Assembly (NCBI GenBank): GCA_051294375.1
Contig: CM119263.1
Coordinates: 5,268,740 to 5,332,739 of the forward strand
Source: Paraspadella gotoi
Lineage: Eukaryota > Animalia > Chaetognatha
Direction: 5' to 3'
Length of the DNA: 64,000 bases
The translations under genes and the position numbers were made by a program. The notes beneath the pieces are model-generated. The model saw nothing but the letters and a program-made list of their open reading frames with translations, did not search any database and had not been told where the DNA came from. This document shows, one piece after another, positions 49,490 through 61,939 of the stretch; position 1 is the stretch's first letter, and every line of letters begins with the position of its first letter.

Positions 49490-50813
49490 TCAAATCATTT
49501 TCTTTTTCGTCGCGGTATATCGTTCCATGTACTGAAAAATTAAAAATACGAAAAAGAAACTATCGTGAAAATAAGGAAGATAATATATGTGAATTTTCAG
49601 CAAAATCAATACTCACGATATCATATCCTGGTAAATCGGAAAATTGTTTCATCGTAAACAAATTTCCGTCCAACGTTAACGTTGATACGTTCGAATCTGT
49701 TAAAACTGCGACAGGAAACGAATTGATGTCGAGACAGTTCTCTTCCAATCGTAGAACCTATAAATACAAAATGATTGATTTTTAATTGATAAAATTTAAA
49801 TTCTAAATACAATAAATATAATAACCAAACGGTTTTTACTCACTTTTAATCTGCTGCATTTAGCGATGGAACTTTCAATGTGAGAAATTTGATTTTGGTT
49901 GAGATTGAGTTCCATCGCTTGGAGATTTTCTATCCCTGGAGGAACGCTGGAAAGTTTGTTGCGGGAAAGGTTGACGCTGTCAAGCTGGCGACATTGGGTT
50001 AACCCGAGGGGAAACGTGTCAAGTCGGTTTCCTAGTGATGAAATGGGCCAGCAAGAAAGGGTAATTTTCACATTTAGTAGTACAGTTGTTTACAATCATA
50101 TCTTCGGCCCAACCTGCTAAATTGACCGTTTTCAACGCAGTAAGAGCTCCAATTGTAGGCGGTATTACTGGGATTCGGTTATCACCCAAGAGAAGCGTTT
50201 CTAAACGTTTTAACTTGTACAATTCATCGGATATTTGCTCTGTACAACGAATTGAAAATAAGTTAAACTAACAATATTCGTAAAACATTCTTTCCACATA
50301 AACATTACCTATTCTATTGCTATCACAATTGAGGCTTTTCAACATTGAATACATTGAGATGGCCGGGGGAACGGCACCTAGTTTGTTGTTCGACAAATCC
50401 AAATTTCGGAGGACCTTGGATATTCGTTCCAACTCACGTGGAAACTGGAAAAGATGAAATGCTTAAATGTGTTGTCTAGCGTGGCTTTCATATTTCACTC
50501 TTTTATTACCTCTGATAATTTACAATAGGACAAATTACAAACACCAATTCTCCCAGCGACATCTATATGTTCTTTAACTGTGGCTACTCTGAGCTCGCTA
50601 GGACTCGCGTTTCGATTCAGCTGTTTATGACTTTCACACTGATTCCTACGAGAGGAACAGCAAGAGCCCATAGTCGGCCTGTAGGGTCTAGCTTTTCCGA
50701 ATCTGGTCTGGCGAGGAATTACGAACCTCTTCGAGTTTCCTGTTTGTTAAATTACAGACGCCCGTTTTCTCGGCGGTCTCGACGTGGGCCGCCACGCCCT
50801 GTTTGTTCCCCAT
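49490..50813 (-). CDS. LRRC57: Leucine-rich repeat protein 57 with two alternative first coding exons (50813-50727 and 50671-50510)
   Basis: MGNKQGVAAHVETAEKTGV, LRR units (LDLSNNKL, LNLNQNQI) and C-terminal YMERYTATKKK. Confidence 0.92.
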
Positions 50814-51171
50814 TTCCTTTTCGCTGCTTTTTTAATTTTTGTTAGTTTTTTTTTAAATTTGTCGCCTCATATCTTCAATCATTAGTTTTTATAAAATAGT
50901 CTTGACTAGTTGCCCAAGAGCTGAAGGTAAAATTTAAAGATATAAGTCCAAAACAAAATCACAGGGATGTGCATTGTGCACATTGTGCAATGCATAGTCT
51001 CACCGAAAAACCAGCGAAACATTGTATACCACAGTACGCAAGAATTGGGTAAACAAATTTGAACGTAATGATTCTTAAGAAGTTTATGTTTAAGAATGAA
51101 TGTACGTACGAATACATTTTAATTTACAATAATACTCTAATACTATTTACAACTTTTTCTCTTTGAAAAAT

Positions 51172-54100
51172 TTAAAGGGACAACCCCGACAACACGTGCT
51201 TGACTGGACGTCGTTTGTGATGCTTGGAAATTATGTCGACGGCCTTTGCTTTGTGCTCCAACACTTTCATCATCGACTCTTTAGCTTCTTCCGTTTGATC
51301 CTTGATGAGTTTGCATCGTTGGAGATTTCCCTCGAAAAGCTCGTTGAGCGTCCGCAGGTCTTCGTTGAGGACATTGTCTTTACTCTTCTTTGCTGGAATC
51401 AACGCCTTCTGAACGCCAAGGATCCGAGAGTGAACGTCCATCACATCTTCCATCACATCCTCCAACTGAGAAGACAAGTGATAGAGACGCCAACCGGAGA
51501 CGCGTTGGGTTACGCCTCGCTAAGGAGAGTTCAGCGTTAAAATTAAAAAGGCATAAGAGGGCAAATATTCTTAAGTACCAATAGGTACAAAGGCATAACA
51601 TAATACCCCGTGAGCCAAATCCGATAATACAAAAAAAAAATAATTATACGTAAACTATATGCCAATAAGAATAATTTATAAAACCAATTGAAAGAAAAAT
51701 CATTGACGTTTTTAAAAAGTTCAAAACATTGCTTAAAAATACTTTAAAACATTCTCAAAATGCTATCAAAACCAGTACAAAAAACTCGGCATCGCTAGAA
51801 AAAAATTCTTCTTCATGGAGCAAAAGACTTTGTCCAAAAGCAGCTCTAATTTTTTACCATTGCAAAAGTTGAATGCTCATAACAACTTTGGTTTCTGCTA
51901 ACAAACCTTTCTAGTTCTAAATCACCAAAAGAAAAAAATAAGATTTTACAGGTTTGAACCTCAGGATAGCTAAGGTATAAACCCTCTTCTCGAACTGATT
52001 TTTTAAAAAAAATTAAGGTAAAAAACTTTTATGCAGCGCATGCTGTGATTCACTGGTCACTTTATCGAGCTTAAACTACCAATTTTTTAAATTTTCTTAC
52101 CATAAGCACTCCTCTTTCTTTAGTTTTTCAATATAGAACAAGCTTCGTCTTGCCAATAATCTTTTGGCACAAAAAAAGCAGTTTTGGAAATTGCTTAGTC
52201 AGCCAGCTAGAATTATTTGAATACAGGCTAGAGCATCATTCTCTCAGGAACCAAAAGGTTTATGGACTTAATAGTGGGCAAAAAAAAACCCAATATATCT
52301 GCAACACTGCCTTAAAAACTTAATACAAAATTGTTCATTGCACTCGATTTTTAACAAATATGATTTGCCGACAACTTGGCGATTTTACCATCTTTGTGAG
52401 AAAATAGTTTTGAAGTTGTTAATGAAAATTGATTAAAATAAAATTTATACACAAAAAACCTCAAATAGTTATTTATCATTTAAAAAAATCTGAGTAAGTC
52501 TATCTCAACTCAGTAAAGTACGGTAGTGGTTTCTTTCGTATCGGATTTGGCTCACGGGGTAAAAACGAGCCAAGCGTACCTGATTAGCCAATTCGGCGAC
52601 GGTGAGTTTTTTCTCCTCTTTAACTTTGATTTCGGCCAAACTCTGGAAGTGATTGTGCCTCGTCTTCCAAGTGCAGCGATAGAAGCTCAACAGAGAGACT
52701 GTGGGTTTCTTCAAAATCGCGGGTGGAGGAGGACGAGGCGGGGCGCTGTCCTCCTCGCACTCGTCGCCTCCTAGAGAAAAAGTAGCAATAAATCAAGTAT
52801 TAAAAGTCGTTAATGATTTCACCCCCTTCTCGATCTTTCTCTCCAACTTTACCTTCGTTGTCCGCGTCGTCGTCGTCCTCTTCTCCCTCAGAACTCACGC
52901 TACTCTCTTCTCCTTTGGCAGATTCGAATTCGGTGACGGGCGGCGTCGCAAGCCCCGACCAAGCCTCCTCCGCCGCCTCCGCCTCTTCCGATTCTTTGGT
53001 CCCGTTGTGTCCGTGACCTCGCGATGGATTCATGGGCGCCGTCGAGAGATTCGGTTGGAAGGAGAGCTGACGAGTGGCGCCCTTATCCGGTCTGGAGGAG
53101 GCAGCGCTTCCCGAGGCGAGGACGGGCTGGAGCGTCGTCGGCAGATTGGATCGATGAGCGCCGGAAAGAAATTGGGCAGCTGAAGTTCCGGCGACGATGA
53201 TGGGCGGAGCGGAGGAGGGGATTGATGCCGATCCGTCGTTTTTGGTCATGAGTTGTTGCTTTCGCAAACGTTTGCGCGGAGACATCTCCATGTCACGTTC
53301 GGCGACGCCCTTCTTGGCGAGATTCTCGTGCGGTCGTTTGGTGCCTGCTTCGAGGGAAATCGCTTCGTCCGGTGGCGTCTGAAGGACGGCACGCGGCTGC
53401 GGCTGGTACTGCGGCTGGTTGATGATTGGAGGCTGATTTCTCGCCAAGAGCAAAGCGTTGGAAAAGTCGGTCGGTCCTGGATGAGATCGTGAAAACCAAA
53501 ATAAGGTATTTCTTTTCTTCTAAAGCAAATGACGCAGTTTTACTCACAATGAAGTTTCTCTACTTTTACTCGGCTTACAATCTGGATTACTAACGCTTTA
53601 GCTGTCTTGTCGCCCAATGTTCAAACATAACTGCAACTAAACTTCATTTTAATGAATTGCCTAGCGACGAATAATTTATGACAATAGAATAAATCACAAC
53701 ACAAGAAAAACCAAAATGTTTTTATGCCTCTTAAACAATATTTTATACCTGTAACAACAGGATTGTGAAATTTGAAATGCGAATTCTCAAGGTCTTCTTG
53801 ATCTAAACTTCCGTCGCTCTGAGCCGAATCGGTCGACGATTGAGAACTCGTTTCTCTGTTAACCAAGAAAATTAATTAAACTATTATACAAAAAATTGAC
53901 AAAGTGAATTATAGAGTCGGGATCTGCTTATAAGCAGATCCGACTAAAAATTTATAATAGAAATTTAAAATGTCATTTTTCTTCTAACCGAATAGAACGC
54001 TCAGGAAACTTCGAGTTCGTCGCGGCTGAAGCGGCGGCGGCGGCGGCCCTTGACGGCGACACGTTGGGATTGAGGATCCTAAAGGCTGGCGGAAGGTCGA

Positions 54101-56257
54101 CCTCGGCGTCCCTATCGTTGCCGACGGCCGTGTTGAAGAGACCCTTCCTGACGGCCGGCGCCGACGCCGCCGTGATCAAGTTCGATCTCTCTTGCGGCGT
54201 GAGGGAATCCTTTGGGGCAGCGGCGGAGGACGAGGCGGAGTCGGGGCGTTTACGGAGAATGGAGGGGCGAGGGGAGAGAGTGGGGTTGACAAAGGGAGCT
54301 AATGGGAAAAGAAAAAAAGGTTGGTGGTTTGGATTAGATTTAGAATAGGATATTAAATCAATTTAAATCTAGAGTAGTAATCAAGGCACCATTCTTCACT
54401 TTTTTAATGAATCAAATCCAACAACAGCAAACCTGAACTTGCTGTCGTGGTCACCAAAATGGGACGAGAGAGTGGAATCATCCCAATCGGAGTCGACGAC
54501 AGCTGCTGCTGCTGTAGCCCGTGCTGCGCTGCGGGCATTTGGACGAGCGTCGTCGCCGGATGAATGTTGCCGACGGCGGAATGGGCGACGAGGCCCATGG
54601 CGGCGGCGCCGCCTAGTGAGCCGCTCGGTAACGAAACTTGCGGCACTTTGAGAATCGGAAGATTCTGCGCCTGAAATCCTTGGATCTGTGCGGGACAGGT
54701 GACGCCGCCCACCGAGCTCACGCAGGTCACGATTTGCGGCGCTGGACCAGTGCCTTTTTTTGAGGCGGCGGTGGCGGCGACGATGAGGGTGGCAGCCGGA
54801 GCTGCGGAGCCGCGAGAGACGCCGGGTGCGACGGCGAGAGAGGCGGAGTTTGCGGCGACCGAATTGGGAGCAGAAAAAGAACTCAACATGATGTTATTTC
54901 CATAGTAGGGAAGGAAATGTCCGGTCGGGGTCGTCAGCGGCGTCATGGAGACGGCGGACGGCGCCGCCGTTGGAAGCGTTGTCGCCGATGCCGTCGCGTT
55001 GACGGAAGAAGCGGCGATTTTGACGGCGGCGCCGCCCGAAGTTTTCGTCGCCGACGTCAATGGAACCGGAAGATAAATGCTTTGCCCCGCAGCGCCGGAT
55101 GTGGCGATAGCCGAGGAGATCGGCGCCGCGCCCGTGACGGCCAACTGGCGCTGCAGTTGTTCCTGTAGATTGATCGGCACGACAGTCGTGCCGCCGCGGG
55201 CGAGAAGCTGCGAGATGACAGCGTTGGCGTCCGTCGTTGATTGAGTCGCCGGCAGAAGCCCTTGCTTCTGGGGATAGACTTTGGCGATGGGGATCGCGGT
55301 GGCACTGGTGAGCGCCACGTTGGGCACGAGACAAACTGAAGTTGCGGGCGAACGATCGCCTTTGACCGCGGGAGACTTCGCCGGCGGATTCGCCACCGTC
55401 ACTGCGGTTTGAGTCAGCGCCTTGTTTGCTTGAATTAATTGTTGCAACTGAGCTTGCTGAATGAGTTGATGTTGAGATTGAGACAAGGCGGCAGCGGGAA
55501 TCGCAGATCCGGCGGCGTAGGAGGGGGAAGGGATCGATGATTTCAAAGCCGACGTCGTCGTCGTCGCTTGCGCGGTGGGTGACGGCGCCGGGCGAGTTTG
55601 AAGCTGAAGGATGTTTTGGGAGGAAGTTATCGAAGGTAAAGTGACGGCGGTGAGGGCGCCACCCGTCAAAGCGCCGCGAGACGGCACGATCGTCACTTGA
55701 AAAGATCCGGAGCGCGTCGTGGCGGCCTCACCCGTCGTTGATGCCGCGGCGGGAAGGCGGGTCGTCAAAGGCTGCAGAGGGTAGCGCAAGATCGTCTGAG
55801 CGGAGGCGACAGTCGTGATCGGAGTCAGATTCTTAGGAGGTGCGATTCGAGGCGAAGAAGGCGGAGGACCGATGCTCACGATGCTGGAATATCCCGATTG
55901 CGGAATTACGCCGACGACCGAAGCCCCGCCCGCGCCCGGCGCTCGAATGATAGGCGTCATACCCAAGTGGGCTGAAGCGGCGCCCAAATGTGAGGGCATT
56001 TTTACCGAGGACGATTGCGACGTCATGTTGGCCGGTGGCGCCGGAGCGATGGCGCGCGGAGACGGAGCCGAGAGAGTGTTCGGCGGCATATTTGACTTGA
56101 GGGCGAACGACTGACGAAGGATGTCGCTGCTGCTGCTCTGCATCTGCTGCTGTAGTTGCTGAGTGGAGGAAATGGAGGCGGCCAAGAGAAGCGGCTTCGG
56201 TTCTCGAGTCGTCGTCGTCGTCGAAGTCGTCGACGGTTTGTCTTTGTTACTCTCCAT
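51172..56257 (-). CDS. SAP130: Sin3-associated protein 130
   Basis: Long A/P/T/S-rich region with IPIAKVYPQ; SPRKRLRKQQ; WKTRHNHFQ..IKVKEEKK..ELANQ; C-terminal NELFEGNLQRCKLIKDQTEEAKESMMKVLEHK. Confidence 0.88.
53915..53945. repeat. 31-nt near-perfect palindrome in a SAP130 intron
   Basis: agtcgg(g)atctgctta|taagcagatccgact. Confidence 0.8.
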
Positions 56258-56357
56258 CAATTTTTTATAACAATTTTCGTCTATAAAATTCAACATAAAT
56301 ATCGTGAACGTTCGTTAAATAATACGTAATAATAAAATAAATTGCAACAAATCAAAA

Positions 56358-59181
56358 TCAGCAAAGAGTCTCAGTTTCATAAAGGCCGATAATATCGAGC
56401 ACAATGTTTTGAATTCGTCCCAACGAGATGTCGTCGGAGAGAGCGATGAACCACGGGGTTCCGTCGACGCGATTGAGCGGGACTTCGATCCCGTAACACT
56501 CGAGGGAGAGGAAGATGATGGCGATCGAGAGATGAGACGGGTCAACGTCCAGGCAGATGGAAGCGCTGTGGTAGCAATCTCGCAACACGCTCCAGCAGGC
56601 GTTGGTCAGAGCCGCCAATCGCTTGTCGGCCAGAGCCGTGGCCGACGAGTCTCGTCGGTCAACGTCGGCGAAGATCCATTGGGTGAGGCTTCGCAAGTGA
56701 TAACAGAGGTAAGTGTGGGGGAGATCGACCTGGCGAGAGGGAAACGAGCTTGTAGCCGAAATGTTAAAATTCATCAAACGTTTGAGGTCACGTGACTCAC
56801 GCGAAGATTAAAGCCCAAAACCCGGATGAGGAAGAGTTCGCATCGAACAATGGCTTCGCGAAACAACCAGTATTTCTCTCCAACTTCGAGCGGAGGCTTT
56901 TTGTCGTTCGTCGTACTGGGGTAAAAATAAGGGGAGGACAATCGATCTCTATGTTTTAAATAAAAAAAACCAATGAACTTACACATAAGTGACGTTGAGA
57001 ACGTCTCTGATCTTAACGTGTTCTTCCGTCGCCTTTCCCGCTAAATACAAGCATGTTGCCGAGACCAGAGGCGCGTCGTATTCCTTGGGGAAACTTTCCA
57101 CACCCTCCTTCGAAGAGTCCGCTCCGCATTCCCTGCATCGTGGGCATTTAGTTTAAGATTACATACTAGGGTGGAGCGATGAAAAGCTCGAGACATGTGA
57201 CAATATTTATTTGGTGACTCTATATATGTAAATTATAAAATTCAAGTCCTTTTAGTATTGTAAATTATAAAATTCAAGTCCTTTTAGAATTGTCCCCATC
57301 ACTTTACATTATTCGTATACATATATTGTAGTAACAAAAACAAATTTCTCTTTGCTAAAGTCCTTTACAAATTTTTTTGAAATAATATCCTTATAAATTT
57401 TAAAATTAGTTGTTTCTAGTCGGATTTGCTTACCAGCAGATTCCGACTCTATAATACACTTTGTCGGTCCGCCCCCACAATTTTGTCGGTCATTCACTTA
57501 AATCATGTCAGAACATTGAATTATGATAAATTATGCAAAAAAAAAAAAAAAAAAATGTCCGTCCGTCTGTAGGTCCGTCCGTCCCCCTTAGCAAAAAACT
57601 CCAATTACTGATGATTGGATGGTTGGATTGGAATGAAATTTTGTGTGTGGGTAGGAAAGTGTGTGATTCAGCAGAATATAAAGTTTGGATGGAATCCAGG
57701 AGTGGAAATGAGTTTGCATGAAAAAAACCTGCAGAGACCACCCCATGTCACTGGCGTGTTTATGCCGACACCATCACACTTTAACCAGCGTGACCATGAG
57801 GGGATTGAACCCGGAACTCATGGTTGGTGAACGAGTACTTAACTGTACTGAACTTACTGTACTTAACTGAGATTCACCAAGCTATGCGGGAGGCGAATTT
57901 AGAATTCGCCACAATGCAAGTTAAAAAAATTATTTATTTGCAGTATAAAAGGACCGACGCGGGTCTATTAACTCTCTCCTTCACCTCCTCTTCATCCTCC
58001 TCCCAGGGATTCGGGGACGCGTTCACGAGGTTCAGTTCACCTTCTCTCTCTTCTACTAGTTTCTCCCCTTTTTTACCCTCATGATTTTGTCGCCGTATAG
58101 ATTTTCCTGACGTCAACATATTATTTTCCCGCATTCTCCTGACTTTACTTCTCGTTAGGATATTACCTTTTCAGAGGTTTGTACCATAGTAACAGTTCAG
58201 TTTAATTCCTTGCAAGCATTTACATGTATTAGCGCAGCCATTGGTTTGCTAATTGCTATGGTACGATCTGGTATAATAAGTTAGGATCACAAATTGAAAG
58301 ATTATCGCCATTTATCATCTGATTAGCTGATTACCGCTTAATTATCTTAGGCAGATCCGTCATTGTTTGCTCAAACTTGTTATTTTTAAGAACAGAATCC
58401 GATTCGTCAGAAAGAAACTTTTACGTTCCATCCACAGTCCTAACGACTTCCTTCTGCGTTGGCAAAGCGAGACCATTCTCGGGTAACCGCGCCAGTGACA
58501 GGAGGCGTCACTGAGGGTCGGAAGCCCCCAAAGCCAACAGTGAGATGCCCCATCACAATGGGCATCACAGCAACCCGGCAACCCAAGGCCGCGAAAAATG
58601 ATTAAAAAGTTACGTTATATAATAGTTTCTATTACAGAAAATTGAAAAATTAGGAATTTAGTACTTTTTCCCTATTTTTAACACAGAAGACATCGGAATT
58701 TCTGATAACATGTTTTATATTTTTGGTATAACTTTTATGTAACATATTTCAAATAAAATTTTTTTTCTCAAGAGCTCCACTCTATTACAATCTACATACA
58801 TAGTTGTGCGATCTTCTAATATAAACAATCTATTATGGCAACGGGTAGACATGTATGATGCCCGGGGTGTGAGGCATCTCCCGACAGCTGGCGCTCAGGG
58901 CTTGGAAACTTTAACAAGCGTGACCATGAGGGGATTGAACCCGGAACTCACGGTTGGTGAATGAGTGCTTAGTTGTCCATTGGGACGAGCAGAGTTTCAC
59001 CAAGCTATACGGGAGACGAATTTAGGATTCGCCACACTATTTTATTTTACCGGCAAAATCGATGAAAGAAAGCGCAGGCTGTGGCCGTCGTCTTCGCTCC
59101 GAGTGAGAGTCTTACGGCACTCTGCATCAAAGTCCGAATGTGACCGAAAATTTCCTTGGAGTGCGTTGCTCGGGGTGCCAT
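56358..59181 (-). CDS. CCNQ: Cyclin Q (FAM58A / cyclin M); first intron of ~1.9 kb is repeat-rich
   Basis: LMQSAVRL..TATACAFFHRF; LVSATCLYLAGKATEEHVKIRDVLNV; YWLFREAIVRCELFLIRVLGF; LPHTYLCYHLRSL; WSVLRDCYH. Confidence 0.88.
57505..57725 (+). mobile_element. Possible Helentron/DINE-1-like non-autonomous fragment
   Basis: A-tract followed by a (GTCY)n microsatellite at 57556-57582 and a tgaaattttgt segment. Termini not resolved. Confidence 0.4.
57728..57912 (-). mobile_element. Family A SINE-like copy, 3'-truncated
   Basis: Reverse complement of ~3607-3790 including GGTTCAATCCC. Confidence 0.8.
58425..58583 (+). mobile_element. Family B partial copy
   Basis: Reverse complement of ~14575-14730. 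Confidence 0.85.
58834..59035 (-). mobile_element. Family A SINE-like copy with an internal deletion and both termini
   Basis: Minus strand begins GTGGCGAA and ends GTTGCCATA, as at 3607-3860. Confidence 0.82.
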
Positions 59182-60322
59182 TTCTCAGGCAGTGCGGCGC
59201 CGGAGAAAGACTACGGTTTGTATAAAGGTAAATAGGAATGAATGGTGGAGATGGCATTTATCAATTTTTTTTTCATAATTGATGTACACGAAATAAATGA
59301 GAACTTAATTTTTAAGATGGACCAAAAAAAAGTACATTTAAATCTAAATTTAAACAAAACCAAAATGAATTGCAACGTCCAAGACTAAAACTAAATTCGC
59401 TTATAAAAATCGACGAATGAAAATTAAATTTCACGAGAATTCCTAGTTTCTTTTTCCAACAGAAGGAAACGGCGTTTCGTATGTACCAGTAGGGCAAAGC
59501 GAGAAAGTTTTTACGCTAGTATAAAATTATTTATCATTTTGGTGACCTTTACATCTTTGGTTACCCCAACACCATACGGGGTTCAGTTAACATTATTTAA
59601 GTGAAATTGCAATAAAATTACGTCCAAATGTTTGTCAATAACGAATTGAAATTTAAGTATAATAATCCATTTAATAAAATAATTTTCGAGGTTAAATCAT
59701 CATCACAAAGACTCCTAATTCCGTCGAGGTTAAATTCGAGTTCGGTCGACGAAATTCTCTCACTGGAAAACCAGTTGATCTAAGTTTCACATATTTTTAC
59801 TATTTAGTAAATATATTTAGTATTTTACCACCACTTTTAGATGACACCTTATAAGCGAAGTAGCTTCAGAGAGTTTCTGGAGAAAACAATGACTTTTTTA
59901 CGCTTAATTAGGATTATCTTACAATGTGTTTAGTGTGAACGAACATAATCAACATTTTATGATATCTAAATGATATCTAAAATAAGAAATAAATTTTAAA
60001 AATGGAATTTATTAAAACCAAAACATATTACTTCAAATGAAAAATAATATATTACTTTTAATTAAAATAAAACTAATTAGGATGACGAGAAGATCCAAAT
60101 TAACTATCAAACATTTACAGTGTTCCATTTTTTTTAGCGAAAACAAACGGGCCAGGAGGCATATCGGGTATTTTATTTAGCATTTTTATCTCAACTTATC
60201 AAAAAATTCTGCTAAAAATTAGAAGACACTGCTTACAACACAGTTCTGAAAAAAACCTACGCAAACATTAACTAAATTCAATTCAATTCACCAAGCGAAT
60301 TTTTTTTGTCCCGAGTTTATAA

Positions 60323-61939
60323 TCAATACTTTCTCCCTCGCCTCCCTCCACGCCCCCTTTTTGAGGGGGACTTTTGAGGAGATTGGAGAATTTTCACGGC
60401 GGTTTCCTCCGCAGCGGCACCAGCTGAGACCACTGCCTCCGCCGCCTCTTTAGAATTCATGTCCGACTCGGGGTCAATCCCGTTAGCATTTTCTCGCGCG
60501 GGTTCTTCGCTGATCTCAATACCGTTCTTTTCGATTACGTTCGTTTCCGATTTTGTATTTACGTCGGCATCGGCGGCTTTGTTGGCTTTGACTTCGGCGA
60601 CAGGAACTTCGATCATTTCTTGGTCGGCAGCGGCGACTATGTCGTCGTTGGCTTCCTTGTCGTGGTTGCCTTTGTCGATTACGTCTTTGTCCACGGCTTC
60701 TTCGTTTTCGTTTTTGTCATCGTCATTTTCGTTTATGTCATTGCCGTCTTTGTCATTGTCAGCGTCTCCGTTGACGGTCTCATTGGCAGTCTTCATCTGC
60801 GAGCCTCCCTCCTCCTCTTCCTCCTCCGCGACTTTTTCCTCTTTAGAGTTTATTTCTTTTTCCTCTTCCTCTTCCCCCTCCTTCATCTTCTCCACGCTCT
60901 GTCTCTTCTCGAAAGGAATGAAGAAGAAGTGAGAGTAGAGAAGCTTCCTCCAGGCGATCATCTTCTCTCTGTACGCACGTCTCTTCTCGTCCCTCTTCTT
61001 CATGTACTGCGCGCTCTTCTTCATGTAGTGAGTGGCCTTGTTCTTGTTCTTCGGCGCCTGACGCCCGGCACCGCGCATCATTTGGGCCCGAGCCTTGGCC
61101 AGCATGGGCCCGGAGTGATAGTTAGGGTTGCGGTGGTGGTGATGGTGTTGATGGTTGCCGGTAAATGCACGGGCGGCGGGCATCATCGCCGGCAGGTGCG
61201 GCATCAGGCCTCGCCGCATCATCCCTTGCCGCGCCAAGTGGCGGGGTAGGAGATCGGCGCCGCGTTTGTTCGCTAGCTTGGCGCCGCGAGCCTTGTTCGG
61301 ACGAGGGTTGACGGGAGCTCGCCCGCGCGGGGGCGGGAGGAGAGGGGCGGTGGACGGGAAACCCCGGTATGGACGGGGAGGGAGCATGTTAGGAGCGAAG
61401 GGAGGCGGACCGTGTGGAGGGGCGACATAAGAAGGGCGTAACATCGAGGACCTCGCTCCAGTATAAAGAGATTCCGGTTGGTGCGGATAGTAGCCTCGCA
61501 TACCGGGGCCTCGGAGGCCCATCATCATGGAGGGTCGGCCTCTTTCGATTAAAGATGGCGGGCCGGGCATGAGTGGGCGTGGCATTCCAGCCTCGCGTTC
61601 GCGCCCCATCGACATTCCGTATCCGCGCTGAAAACTGGCATCCATGCCGGCCTCGAATCCGCGTTCGTACATCCCGTACGAGGATCGTGAGTGTCCCGGA
61701 CCGTCGAACATGAATCCCTGCGGGCCTCTCAGCTGGGGCAACTCGAAGCCTCGGGGCGAGTGTAGCCCGTTCCGGGCGTTGGAGCCACCTTTATGGACTC
61801 CACCGTTTCGAATTCCTTTTCGCTTGTCGCCACCGCTTCTTCCGCCGCCTCTTCCTCCTCCCCCGCGACCGCCCCCTCGGCCACGGCCGCCGCCGCCACC
61901 GCCGCGGTGGTAATCTCCGTGTTTCGTGGAGCGACCCAT
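60323..61939 (-). CDS. Intronless 538-aa low-complexity protein (RGG/RG-rich N-terminus, Pro/Met/Arg region, basic helix, acidic tail); no family recognised
   Basis: Long GC-rich ORF; acceptor-like ttttttcgttag shortly upstream of the ATG. Confidence 0.75.
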   Translation of the reverse strand: MGRSTKHGDYHRGGGGGGRGRGGGRGGGGRGGGRSGGDKRKGIRNGGVHKGGSNARNGLHSPRGFELPQLRGPQGFMFDGPGHSRSSYGMYERGFEAGMDASFQRGYGMSMGREREAGMPRPLMPGPPSLIERGRPSMMMGLRGPGMRGYYPHQPESLYTGARSSMLRPSYVAPPHGPPPFAPNMLPPRPYRGFPSTAPLLPPPRGRAPVNPRPNKARGAKLANKRGADLLPRHLARQGMMRRGLMPHLPAMMPAARAFTGNHQHHHHHRNPNYHSGPMLAKARAQMMRGAGRQAPKNKNKATHYMKKSAQYMKKRDEKRRAYREKMIAWRKLLYSHFFFIPFEKRQSVEKMKEGEEEEEKEINSKEEKVAEEEEEEGGSQMKTANETVNGDADNDKDGNDINENDDDKNENEEAVDKDVIDKGNHDKEANDDIVAAADQEMIEVPVAEVKANKAADADVNTKSETNVIEKNGIEISEEPARENANGIDPESDMNSKEAAEAVVSAGAAAEETAVKILQSPQKSPSKRGRGGRRGRKY

